A stretch of 64,000 bases of DNA from Candidatus Poribacteria bacterium (GTDB lineage: Bacteria; Poribacteria; WGA-4E; PCPOR2b), in contig OZ244950.1 in NCBI GenBank assembly GCA_965222435.1, positions 1,707,273 to 1,771,272 of the forward strand. Reading direction: 5' to 3'. Below are positions 18,689-28,415 of the stretch, piece after piece (within the stretch, counting starts at the first letter, position 1; each line of letters opens with the position of its first letter). Below the pieces are notes generated by a model, which saw only the letters and a list, made by a program, of their open reading frames with translations, had not been told where the DNA came from and ran no database searches. The position numbers and the translations under genes are program-made.

Positions 18689-19705
18689 GTGGCTCAAAAC
18701 AACGACCTACTTTTCAGTACTGACGATTGGGTTGAAATCTGCCGCACAACAGATGAGTGGGAATCAAACCTAATTCAGACGATGCTCGGCAATAAACAGA
18801 TTCGTTGCCGCCCTGAATACATACGAAACGCTGATAGGCAACGTCAGATTATCCTTTTCGTTGACCCCGAGGACCTAGTTGATGCTTTAGAAGTTGTTAG
18901 TCAAACCGGTCTAGCAATAACGAATGAGGAATATGAAAATCAGCATACGGATGGTGAAAGCGACCCCGATCTGGAACGCGATTCAAGGACTTCGGAAAGC
19001 GATCTTCCACAACCAACGCCGACAGCGGGACCGGCAACCATAATCGCGGCACGTGAGGGGATCGGCAAAATCGCCCATCACGTCGGACGGGGATATGAAT
19101 TGCAAGTTGGACCAGCACCCTATTATATGGTTGAAGAAGCCCGATGGGAAGAGTTTACCGATTTTAGTGCCCAACGCCAAGAGTTCTCAATTCTCATCAG
19201 GCACGAGTATCCGAACCTGTCCCAATGGCTTAGACAAGAGAAGTTATTCGCAGAATTTACCCATTTAGTCGAAGCCACCTACCGTGATGTGCCGCCCACC
19301 CGTCCGGACAACCGGCAACAAACCGAATCTGCGTCTGATAATGCCGGCGCAGCGGAGGTTCAAGTCAACCGTCTTGCCAAGTTCGGTCTGTGGGTATCGT
19401 TGGTTTCTCTCCTAGGCGTGATTGTCCAACTACCCTGGTATGCCTGTCTGATTCTCGCCCTACTTGCTGCCGTCACCGGCTGCATTGCAAAATATCAGAT
19501 TGATCGCAGCAATGGAACACTCAAAGGAAATCTAATCGCTTTTCTAGCAATTATTATCGCTTGCATTGTGATTGCCATAGCTTGGACACAACGCCAGCCG
19601 AGTCTACCAGAATCATCGGATTTGCAATCCGCCTTCCTTCCCCATCAAGCAGACACCCGTTACCATACGCAACTGGGGGTCAAAATATGGATGCTTGTGT
19701 CATAG
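18689..19705 (+). CDS. hypothetical membrane protein (DUF2007-like N-terminus)
   Basis: 338 aa; C-terminal TM helices; GTG start. Confidence 0.35.
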   Translation: MAQNNDLLFSTDDWVEICRTTDEWESNLIQTMLGNKQIRCRPEYIRNADRQRQIILFVDPEDLVDALEVVSQTGLAITNEEYENQHTDGESDPDLERDSRTSESDLPQPTPTAGPATIIAAREGIGKIAHHVGRGYELQVGPAPYYMVEEARWEEFTDFSAQRQEFSILIRHEYPNLSQWLRQEKLFAEFTHLVEATYRDVPPTRPDNRQQTESASDNAGAAEVQVNRLAKFGLWVSLVSLLGVIVQLPWYACLILALLAAVTGCIAKYQIDRSNGTLKGNLIAFLAIIIACIVIAIAWTQRQPSLPESSDLQSAFLPHQADTRYHTQLGVKIWMLVS

Positions 19706-20373
19706 TCTTTGTCAAAAATCCTGTTCCCGGTCAAGTTAAAACCCGCCTCATACCTTATCTTTCGCCAGAGCAGGCTGCGTCACTATATCAGGCGTTCCTC
19801 GTCGATTGGTGCAATGCCCTTTCCACAATCTCTACAGTTCACCGCATAATTGCCTATACACCGCCCGAAGGCTTAAACGCCTTGCAAACCCTAATCGGTG
19901 AAGATCCGGTTTATATCCCTCAAGTGGGTGCATCGCTTGGGGAACGCTTAATTGCTGCTGCGCGGTGGGCGCACGATCAGGGGTATACCAAATTCCTATT
20001 CGTGGGATCAGATAGCCCAACACTACCAACTCAGTATGTCGAACGCGCGTCCGATTTACTAGAATCACGTGATGTCGTCATCGGTCCCAGTGTGGACGGC
20101 GGCTACTACCTGATCGGCTTTTCAAAACACGGGGCATCTTTGTCGATTCCCACCGTCTTTGAGGAAATCACATGGAGCACCGACGTTGTCTTCCGCCAGA
20201 CACTTGGAAAAATTCAGGCGATTAACGCGCGATTGGGATTGCTGCCGCCATGGTACGATGTGGATACCCCCGCAGGATTGCAGCTATTACGGGATCACCT
20301 GTTTGGGATGGATCTTGCGGGGGAAAGCAGCCTTGCACCTCAAACATATAACAAGCTGACAGAGTGGTTCTGA
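19687..20373 (+). CDS. DUF2064 family glycosyltransferase-like protein
   Basis: N-terminal VIVFVKNPVPGQVKTRL motif characteristic of DUF2064; start set to internal ATG 19687. Confidence 0.5.
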   Translation: MDACVIVFVKNPVPGQVKTRLIPYLSPEQAASLYQAFLVDWCNALSTISTVHRIIAYTPPEGLNALQTLIGEDPVYIPQVGASLGERLIAAARWAHDQGYTKFLFVGSDSPTLPTQYVERASDLLESRDVVIGPSVDGGYYLIGFSKHGASLSIPTVFEEITWSTDVVFRQTLGKIQAINARLGLLPPWYDVDTPAGLQLLRDHLFGMDLAGESSLAPQTYNKLTEWF

Positions 20374-20546
20374 ATCATTGAAACAAAGAAGTTTTGATAG
20401 TAACTTTATACCCTAACTATCGTTCTACATACTACGATTAGCATTTTGGTGGTGCGGACTGCAGCGATTAGAATTGGTCGCTTATGTGGGCTTAATTTAT
20501 GCCGAATACATCTTGCCTTGCAAGGTTTATCGCACCATTTTTCGGC

Positions 20547-20575
20547 TTGACGAAGGTTGAGAGATCGGGTATCAT
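20547..20575 (+). promoter_or_regulatory. sigma-70-like promoter upstream of yqeY-like gene
   Basis: TTGACG - 17 nt - TATCAT. Confidence 0.35.
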
Positions 20576-20621
20576 TTCATCCTACCTACAACGGATTATG
20601 TAGCAAAATAAAGGATTTTTT

Positions 20622-21065
20622 ATGGGACTCAAAGAACAGTTAAATGAAGATATGAAGCAGGCGATGAGGGCAAAAGACAAAAATCGTCTGTCTGCGATTC
20701 GCATGGTGCGTGGTGCCGTTCGGGATAAGGAAATCAATAGTCGGATTGAGTTAGATGATGACGGCGTTTTAGAGGTAATCGCCAGCCAGATTAAGAAACG
20801 GAAGGATGCACTGGAGCAGTTGCGTAAATCCAATCGCGATGACCTCGTTGAAGCCGAAATGGAACAGATTAATATATTGCAAGAATTTCTTCCTGCCCAA
20901 CTTTCGATGGTAGAAATCGAAGCCGCCATCGCGGGTGCGATTGAGGAATTAGGCGCGACATCAATGCGAGATATGGGCAAAGTTATGGGTAAACTCGTTC
21001 CACAGTTGAGAGGCAAAGCAGACAATTCGGTTGTTAGCCAAATTGTCAGGCAGAAACTGGGCTAG
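20622..21065 (+). CDS. GatB/YqeY domain protein
   Basis: 147 aa; LKEQLNEDMKQAMRAKDK...RLSAIRMV pattern. Confidence 0.7.
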   Translation: MGLKEQLNEDMKQAMRAKDKNRLSAIRMVRGAVRDKEINSRIELDDDGVLEVIASQIKKRKDALEQLRKSNRDDLVEAEMEQINILQEFLPAQLSMVEIEAAIAGAIEELGATSMRDMGKVMGKLVPQLRGKADNSVVSQIVRQKLG

Positions 21066-21069
21066 CGCG

Positions 21070-22497
21070 ATGAACGACCAAACCACTATCCTCGTTGTTG
21101 ATCCGGACCAACGACAGCGTGAAACGATTTGTCTCACACTTGAGCGCGAAGGGCTGCGTGTGCTTGCGACTCGCACGATGTATGAGGCGTTAGACCGCAT
21201 CGAACGCTTGGATATTGATGTGTTGATAGCCCCACTTATAGGGGAGCGCGTTGATGGACTCAAACTCCTTGAAGCATCCTACGATCGGAACCCCAATGTC
21301 GGCGTGATCTTCATCACAGCACCAAACGTTCTAGAAACCGATGTTGGTATCAAAGCCACAATTCATACGGGGGCAAGCTATTTTCTGCCTAAACCCCTCA
21401 AACCAGCCCAACTGAAAGCCCTCCTTCACAAGATACTCGAAAATCAACGGCTCACCCTAGAAAATCGGCAATTACAGTCCCAAATTGATGAGCGGGTCGG
21501 ACTCATCCAATTAACAGGACATTCACCGAAAATTCAAGAGATTCGAGATCTCATTGCACAGATTGCCCCGACAAAAGCCACTGTCATGATCCGTGGGGAA
21601 CGCGGCACCGGAAAAGAACTGGTCGCCCGCGCTATGCACCACCGAAGCTTACGGCGAGGTCCGCTCGTTATATTCAACTGTGCAGCCCTGAACGAAGGCC
21701 TTGCAGAATCCGAACTCTTCGGACATGAACGAGGTGCGTTTACAGGCGCGTATCAGACGCGGAAAGGGCGATTTGAAGCGGCGCATGGGGGAACGTTATT
21801 TCTCGATGAAGTGGGACAATTAAGTTTGTCAAACCAAGCAAGGCTCTTGCGAGTGGTTGCCGAGAGGGAGTTTGAGCGCGTCGGTGGGAATGAATCAATA
21901 CCGGTGGATGTTCGCGTTATTTGTGCAACGAATCGCAATCTTGAAAAGGCGGTAGAGCAGGAAAAGTTTCTACCGGATCTCTACGATCGCCTGAACGTGA
22001 TCCGGATCTCCCTACCACCGCTTCGTGAGCGAAGGGAGGATATCCCACTCCTAGTCAAAGCCTTTACAGAAGAATTTTGCCGGGAAAACCGGATGATGAC
22101 CAAAGGCATGACTTCCCGCGCAATGCGAGTGTTGATGCAGTATGATTGGCAGGGAAATGTGCGAGAACTGAGAAACTGTATTGAAGGTATGGTTATCATG
22201 TCGAATCAGCCAGATCTCGACATTGATGATATTCCGGAGCATATTCTCAAATCCGCCGGAGTCAGTTCTCCCGTTATCCTCTCCGCTCCCACCGTTATAG
22301 ATACCGGTGCAGCAGCCTTGCCTTCATCGGGACTACACGTTGAAGTGGGGATGTCAATGGCAGAAATTGAGAAGGAAGCTATTCAATCAACACTCCAATA
22401 TGCTGGCAATAACAGAGCGAAAGCTGCAAAAATCTTAGGAGTCTCAAAACGAACAATCTTCAGGAAAATCAAGGAACATGATTTGTGCGACGAATAA
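21070..22497 (+). CDS. sigma-54-dependent Fis-family transcriptional regulator
   Basis: Receiver-like N-terminus, AAA+ sigma-54 interaction domain ([21 protein letters not shown]), C-terminal Fis-type HTH. Confidence 0.8.
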   Translation: MNDQTTILVVDPDQRQRETICLTLEREGLRVLATRTMYEALDRIERLDIDVLIAPLIGERVDGLKLLEASYDRNPNVGVIFITAPNVLETDVGIKATIHTGASYFLPKPLKPAQLKALLHKILENQRLTLENRQLQSQIDERVGLIQLTGHSPKIQEIRDLIAQIAPTKATVMIRGERGTGKELVARAMHHRSLRRGPLVIFNCAALNEGLAESELFGHERGAFTGAYQTRKGRFEAAHGGTLFLDEVGQLSLSNQARLLRVVAEREFERVGGNESIPVDVRVICATNRNLEKAVEQEKFLPDLYDRLNVIRISLPPLRERREDIPLLVKAFTEEFCRENRMMTKGMTSRAMRVLMQYDWQGNVRELRNCIEGMVIMSNQPDLDIDDIPEHILKSAGVSSPVILSAPTVIDTGAAALPSSGLHVEVGMSMAEIEKEAIQSTLQYAGNNRAKAAKILGVSKRTIFRKIKEHDLCDE

Positions 22498-23270
22498 TTA
22501 ATTCAACCTCTATTTTAATTTGTGTCCAATTTGCTCTGGGTGCTACCCACCTCTTTGCAGCGAGTAACGATCCCAATAGCAATAGTGGAAATCCGGGCAT
22601 TTTTGGCGCGATTCTTGGCGTTGTGGTCCCGGTACTGCTCGTCATTGCCATCGGAGGCGGTATCTATGTCTGGTTGCGCCGGAACAAACCCTCGTTGACT
22701 GACTTATTTCCACGGCGACGGACATTAAAAAACTGGGATATATCACCACCGACATATACATCATCTCCGCCATCTCCGATGTCTCCTCGTGGCACCGTTC
22801 ACCCCGACAGATCTGATCCATTGACAGAACCGGACAGGCAATTAGAACGCGATGCGTATACCCTTGAGTCTATGACACTTACAGAGCTAGACGAAGTGCT
22901 ATCTTTGCGCGAATCAAACCGTATCCACGAATACTACGAAGCAATTGCAATAATTATCAAGCAGTATGTGGGAGAAAAATACCAAATCAAGAGCCTAGAT
23001 GCTACCACGGGACAAATCCTATCCGCACTACCCAACAGTTTGACCGATAGCGTTACAGATCATGTTGGCGAGATTCTCCGATCCTGCGACATGATTCAAT
23101 TTTCTAAGCATCGCCCCTCCCGTTCGGACCAAGATCGAATCTATCAGACAGCACGGGAGTTTCTTGAAAGCCAAATTGTTGCGGCACCCATTGAAACGGA
23201 TGAATTTGAAGCGGATGACGAAGCGGATGAAAACGACGGGATCGACAAACATTACAGGAGGGGGAGTTAA
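22485..23270 (+). CDS. hypothetical membrane-anchored protein
   Basis: Signal peptide plus one TM helix, acidic C-terminus; immediately upstream of MoxR ATPase. Confidence 0.4.
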   Translation: MRRIINSTSILICVQFALGATHLFAASNDPNSNSGNPGIFGAILGVVVPVLLVIAIGGGIYVWLRRNKPSLTDLFPRRRTLKNWDISPPTYTSSPPSPMSPRGTVHPDRSDPLTEPDRQLERDAYTLESMTLTELDEVLSLRESNRIHEYYEAIAIIIKQYVGEKYQIKSLDATTGQILSALPNSLTDSVTDHVGEILRSCDMIQFSKHRPSRSDQDRIYQTAREFLESQIVAAPIETDEFEADDEADENDGIDKHYRRGS

Positions 23271-23373
23271 GGCTGAACCTCGGTGTTCGCCCTAATCGAG
23301 GAGTCAGTTCCGATTGCGTTGTCCCGATCTGATGGGGACTTGCACAATCGTGAATCCACGATGGAATAGGGAC

Positions 23374-24366
23374 ATGAAAGAATCTGATCTGACGGCGTTG
23401 AACGAAAAGATTCAGGAGGCAAGTGCCTTCGTTGAAGAAATCTTTGAAGAGATTCGGAAGGTTATCATCGGGCAGAAGTATATGATTGAGCGGATGATTA
23501 TCGGATTGCTCTGCAACGGTCATGTCCTGTTAGAGGGCGTTCCCGGTCTCGCCAAGACAACCGCTGTCCAAGCACTTTCCGGCACAATTGCCGTCTCTTT
23601 CAAACGCCTGCAATTTACCCCTGACCTTCTGCCTGCCGATCTAATCGGCACCCAGATTTATAACCAACGTTCGGGCGATTTTTATGTTAAAAAGGGTCCT
23701 ATTTTCGCGAACCTTGTTCTCGCCGACGAGATTAACCGTGCACCCGCCAAAGTTCAAAGCGCGCTCCTTGAAGCAATGCAAGAACGTCAGGTCACAATCG
23801 GTGATGAAACCTATCCCCTTGACCCACCATTCCTCGTCCTAGCAACCCAAAACCCAATCGAGCAAGAGGGAACTTACCCCCTGCCAGAAGCACAAGTAGA
23901 CCGGTTCATGCTCAAATTGCATGTAACCTATCCCTCGCGGACAGAAGAACTTTCGATTTTACGGCAACTCACACGCGAAGAACCTCAACCGATTCAACAG
24001 GTCATATCCCCTCAAGAAATTCTCCAACTCCGCACAACAGTCCGTGAAATCTACATGGACGAGAAGATCGAAAACTATATTGTCGATCTCGTCTACGCCA
24101 CACGTGAGCCAGCGAAGTACCAATTAGACCAACTTACAGACCTCATCGAATACGGCGCATCGCCGCGGGCGACGATCTTTCTCGCCATGGCTGCCAAAGC
24201 CCACGCCTTCCTCCGCCATCGCGGGTATGTCACGCCAGAAGATGTCTACGCAGTCGGTATGGATGTCCTCAGACACCGCGTTATCGTCAGCTACGAAGCG
24301 GAGGCGGAAGAGATCTCTTCCGAACAGATTATCAAACAGGTTTTTGAAGGGGTCGAAGTGCCTTAG
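23374..24366 (+). CDS. MoxR-family AAA+ ATPase
   Basis: Walker A GVPGLAKTT, Walker B LADEINRA, typical MoxR length. Confidence 0.8.
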   Translation: MKESDLTALNEKIQEASAFVEEIFEEIRKVIIGQKYMIERMIIGLLCNGHVLLEGVPGLAKTTAVQALSGTIAVSFKRLQFTPDLLPADLIGTQIYNQRSGDFYVKKGPIFANLVLADEINRAPAKVQSALLEAMQERQVTIGDETYPLDPPFLVLATQNPIEQEGTYPLPEAQVDRFMLKLHVTYPSRTEELSILRQLTREEPQPIQQVISPQEILQLRTTVREIYMDEKIENYIVDLVYATREPAKYQLDQLTDLIEYGASPRATIFLAMAAKAHAFLRHRGYVTPEDVYAVGMDVLRHRVIVSYEAEAEEISSEQIIKQVFEGVEVP

Positions 24367-24755
24367 CAGGAGGAGGACTAATACTTTAACGTGAGCTGCT
24401 AGACTCTATTGACATTTAACAGGAGTGTAAGTCGAAGATTCTCGGAACGGGGTTGAGTTGAACGGGAATCTGAAACCCAACACCATAACCGTAGGTCGAG
24501 CAGCTTGTCCGACTTAAAACCCCAGTTGCTTTGAATCCCGATCTTATTGGGGCGGGGCAGCAAGTGTATAGAAAATCAGACGCTGCATACCTAAAACTTC
24601 AGTTGGTTTGAAACTCGATCGCAGCATCGGGCCGAGGCAACATGTGTTTAGTCATTTCTAGCAGTTGTTGAGCATGGAAACTCAACCTCAGCAGGTCGTG
24701 GTGGAAATCATTTGACATGATGGCTCGACTTGGATTGACAAATCCACAGAGGAGG

Positions 24756-25087
24756 TTAATTATCTTCAGGACAATTATATACCCAGTAGTACAAAAAGGC
24801 GTCAGCGCCAATATCAGCCATCCAACCGTCAGTAAAACCACGTTGGTACTCAAGGGGTTCAGCCTGAATTTTCTTCTGCTCCTTGTCAGGCAGCTTTGAT
24901 GGCATGTAATAACTGTAACCAATCATCCCAGCAAAAATCCCTTGAGTAGAATTGGATGAAGCCCGTAGGCCATCTTTATATCCCAACTTGTAGTTTTCTT
25001 CGCGCCTTTAGGATACAATATTGCCGTGCATCCTGATAGGAACACAACGGTTAAAAGACAAAAGAGTACAACCCAATTTCTTTGCAT
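24756..25087 (-). pseudogene. small lipoprotein gene with apparent frameshift
   Basis: ATG at 25087 encodes lipoprotein signal MQRNWVVLFCLLTVVFLSGC (lipobox LSGC) in one frame; the listed 76-aa ORF 24756..24986 continues in a different frame. Confidence 0.25.
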
Positions 25088-25202
25088 TGTTGACCCCCTT
25101 TAATCTTGTGCACCACCTAGCTAATTTGCATGGTAAATCTATTTTAACCCCCGCCACCAAAACCGTGCCAAGTGGGTTTCACATCTTCGAGGTCATCTGA
25201 TA

Positions 25203-27143
25203 CTATTTTAGAATGACCATCTTGCGCATTGCATAAAAATGGTCTGCTTGTAACTGGTAAAAATAAACGCCACTTGCGACTGATTCCCCGCTTTCGTTGT
25301 GCCCATCCCAATACGCTGCGCTTGTCCTATCTGTGTAGTAGCCCGGCTGCTGATACCCAAAATCTAACTGACGCACCACTACGCCTTGAGGGTCGTAAAT
25401 GGTCAGCGTCACATCGGCAGCGTGGGCAAGGTGATAGGGAATCCATGTCTCTGGGTTGAATGGATTGGGATAGTTTGCAAGCAGTACAGTTTTGTGGGGT
25501 ATAAAGGGCAGAGAAACGTCCTGTAAGGCAGCGCGCAGTTGGTTGAGATTGGCAATACCTTGCCGGAAAGCGAACGAACCATCATCTGCGGCGTGCGCCA
25601 TATCAATCCACTTTTGAATCGTTGCGGGGTCAATCCCGAACGTTTGCCATGCAAGCCCGCCGGGAGCCAAGGGGGTCGTTGCGCCCCCCAAGTGTTGAGC
25701 AACGGTGATGAGGTCAAAAATATTAACTATTCCATCGTTGTTGACATCCGCTTGGGGGTGGGCTTGACCAAAGTTTTGGCCCACCAGAACCAGATCCAAG
25801 ATATTTACCAGCCCATCCCCATTGAGATCATAATCCGATTCAACGACAATCTCAAGGGCGTGAATCCCGATATCAATCTCCTGATCGAAAAGTGTACGGA
25901 AGTCGACGTTGTGGAGGCTTAACTCCCCTTTTCCAGCCGCCCTTGCTTGAAAGGTTACTGACAGCAGTACATCACTGATCTGGAAGCAGTCCGCACCCAA
26001 CTCCATATTAACGCCGGTGATTCTGCCTGCCGCGTTGTCAATAATGCCCTCTTGAAAGACAGATTGGCTGCATCCATTATCGAGAGAAATATAGGTGCCT
26101 TCATCGACTTGAAGCGCGACAAGTACGCCGGGTGTGAACGCAATATCAAGTTCCCAACCCTCTAAAAGCAGAAAACCATCCAGATGGAGATTGAGTTTAA
26201 ATATCTCCCCAACACGAACTTGATCGATCAAGGGAAAGAAAAGGTGTGTACTTCCCACCCGAACCCCTCGATCCGAAAGGGCTGGAATATGTGTGTTGAT
26301 GGAGATGTCGCTTAGCGGGTTATCATCTACAACAACCTTATCTCCACGATCAAGCCCCATGTTTGCTACCAAGGGTGACAGATCCGATATTCCGTTGTTT
26401 TCAAGCCATAGCTCTTTCAGATTGGTCAAGCCCACCAAAGTCGATATATCCGCGAGACCATTGTGATTAAGATTCAAATCTGTCAAGTTCGTTAAAGCTG
26501 CTAAAGGCGATATATCTGTGATCGCATTATAGCCAAGATATAGGTCTTTCAGATTGGTCAAGTCCGCTAAAGGTGATATATCCGTGATGGCGTTGAAGCC
26601 GAGACTCAGATTTGTCAGGTTTGTCAAGCCTGCCAATACCGATATGTCAGTGAGCGCATTGTCAATAAGATATAAGTATGTTAGGTTTGTCAAGCCCATC
26701 AACGCTGATATGTCTGCGATAGGGTTGGAGCCAAGCCATAGGTCTGTTAGATTGGTCAAGCCCGCCAAAGGCGATATATCTGTAATGGTGTTGGAACCAA
26801 GATGTAGATCTGTCAGGCTCGTTAAGGTTGCCAAAGGCGCGATGTCCGATATCGCATTATCAGAAAGAAACAGCGTGTCTAGGTTGGTTGCGGACTCAAG
26901 TCCGGTCAAATTGCGGATTTGAGAGTTAAACCCGAAGATATAGGTCAAACTCTCCATCTCCGCCACAGTAATTGTAGCACCGGATGCCTTGCCAAGTTCT
27001 TCCTCCACCAAAGCGCGGAGGTTGGGGTCGGGTATATCAACGATTTGGGCAGATACCAAGTCCACTCCTATTATTGTAACGGAACAGACTATTGATATTG
27101 CTATTATAATGATTCTCATTTGAAATTTTCTGATCCTATTCAC
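25203..27143 (-). CDS. secreted leucine-rich-repeat protein with dockerin-like repeats and T9SS-type C-terminal sorting domain
   Basis: Signal peptide; at least 8 LRR units of 22 aa (LxxLTNLTxLxLxxNxIxDISPLA); two dockerin-like DxNxDGxVN repeats; C-terminal YPNPFNPET...GVYFYQL...KMVILK tail. Confidence 0.65.
   Translation of the reverse strand: MNRIRKFQMRIIIIAISIVCSVTIIGVDLVSAQIVDIPDPNLRALVEEELGKASGATITVAEMESLTYIFGFNSQIRNLTGLESATNLDTLFLSDNAISDIAPLATLTSLTDLHLGSNTITDISPLAGLTNLTDLWLGSNPIADISALMGLTNLTYLYLIDNALTDISVLAGLTNLTNLSLGFNAITDISPLADLTNLKDLYLGYNAITDISPLAALTNLTDLNLNHNGLADISTLVGLTNLKELWLENNGISDLSPLVANMGLDRGDKVVVDDNPLSDISINTHIPALSDRGVRVGSTHLFFPLIDQVRVGEIFKLNLHLDGFLLLEGWELDIAFTPGVLVALQVDEGTYISLDNGCSQSVFQEGIIDNAAGRITGVNMELGADCFQISDVLLSVTFQARAAGKGELSLHNVDFRTLFDQEIDIGIHALEIVVESDYDLNGDGLVNILDLVLVGQNFGQAHPQADVNNDGIVNIFDLITVAQHLGGATTPLAPGGLAWQTFGIDPATIQKWIDMAHAADDGSFAFRQGIANLNQLRAALQDVSLPFIPHKTVLLANYPNPFNPETWIPYHLAHAADVTLTIYDPQGVVVRQLDFGYQQPGYYTDRTSAAYWDGHNESGESVASGVYFYQLQADHFYAMRKMVILK
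26380..26900 (-). repeat. tandem 66-bp LRR-coding repeats
   Basis: Repeated units visible at nucleotide level within the LRR gene. Confidence 0.5.
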
Positions 27144-27484
27144 TTTTGTCCCCCTTCATTTTTCATCAACTATAATGATGCAACATTTGTCAAGCCTATC
27201 ACAAGAAAAACGTGGTATTCCACAGGGTATGTTGACATTTTACTGTCGCTAATTCGGGAGATGCTAGAATCATCCCTCTATCTGTCAAAAACCGAGGCGG
27301 TTATCCGAAATTACCTCAAGTTGCTTTAAATCCCGATCTTATCGGGGGTGTATTAGGTCAAAGACTCTCGGAACGGAGATTGATTCAATCTGTCAAATGT
27401 CAATAGAACTGAGTAAAAAAATGAAATCACAGATACCACCAATCTGCCATCTTAATTAGTAAGCCAACCGATACAAGCAAAAAC

Positions 27485-28273
27485 TTAACTCCTGTTCTCC
27501 TCATCCAAAAGTTCTTCCAACTCCTCTAGGAAATCCACCGCATCGTCCTCATCTTCGTGGCTCCCTTGTTCTCCTTCTAGCCCCTCTTCCACCGACTCCA
27601 GATCTGATCGAAACTCAATCAGGTTACTCAAATAACGTTCACGGGTAACGTTTTCCGCATCGCCATAGTTCTCGCGCAAACACTCACCACAAAATTTCCC
27701 AATGCGCTGAATTCCTAAATTGACCTGACCCAATGCGCCTGGGTGGTCGTCCTCCATCAGGCAAAGTTCAGCATTCGCCATGCTGTTCATCATGAGCATA
27801 TAGCCTTTATATTGGTAACTCTCCCACGCAATGTCGGGAGGGGCATATTTCTTTGCCATATCCGTAGTAGCAAGGTTCATGTCGGTGTCTCGCTTGACAT
27901 CCGCCCACCGTTTAATCCCCGCGAACAGCAGATAACGGGTATATCTATCGTAAGACTCTCGGAATAAGACATGCCAATCCTCCGGTGTTAAACCAAACCC
28001 TTCATCGCTACCATGCTGCTGTTTATAATCCTCAAGTTGTTCGCAGAAGTACTCATGATAAGACTCTCGCCCATGAGGTCTTTTGCCATCGGGACGCCCG
28101 GACGTATAGATACGTGAAATCGTGAACTCATTTGATTGCACAACAACAACTTCTTTGCCTTCGGCTAACTTCAAGACCTTTATTGGGTGAGCAACATCAA
28201 ACGATAAACTGTCCAAAATCTCATCAAGTGCACGCACCAGACGCGTGTTTCTTTCGACCTGATTAGTTGCCAT
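27485..28273 (-). CDS. hypothetical protein with acidic C-terminal tail
   Basis: 262-aa ORF with aggaga SD; no recognisable domain. Confidence 0.4.
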   Translation of the reverse strand: MATNQVERNTRLVRALDEILDSLSFDVAHPIKVLKLAEGKEVVVVQSNEFTISRIYTSGRPDGKRPHGRESYHEYFCEQLEDYKQQHGSDEGFGLTPEDWHVLFRESYDRYTRYLLFAGIKRWADVKRDTDMNLATTDMAKKYAPPDIAWESYQYKGYMLMMNSMANAELCLMEDDHPGALGQVNLGIQRIGKFCGECLRENYGDAENVTRERYLSNLIEFRSDLESVEEGLEGEQGSHEDEDDAVDFLEELEELLDEENRS

Positions 28274-28308
28274 TTTTATCTCCTTTCCATAAATATAGGA
28301 CGCACTGT

Positions 28309-28348
28309 ATTATTTCGGTTAATTCAAAATTATTTCGGTTAATTCAAA
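28309..28348. promoter_or_regulatory. perfect 20-bp tandem direct repeat upstream of hypothetical gene
   Basis: tatttcggttaattcaaaRR x2, about 40 to 75 nt upstream of the minus-strand ATG at 28273. Confidence 0.3.
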
Positions 28349-28391
28349 GATGTGTTGAAAAATTTCCTAAGAATCATCTCCTCCCATTTCT

Positions 28392-28415
28392 TCACGTTTC
28401 ACGTTTTATATTTCA
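28392..28415 (-). repeat. 7-nt-periodic ACGTGAA heptamers at carB stop
   Basis: Minus-strand TGA at 28401 (stop) and 28394, with a third CGTGAA unit 14 nt upstream inside the coding region. Confidence 0.35.

Noticed and set aside
21070-23270. Sigma-54 promoter (TGGCAC-N5-TTGC) near the sigma-54 regulator
   Set aside because: No convincing -24/-12 element seen by eye; not reported as a feature.
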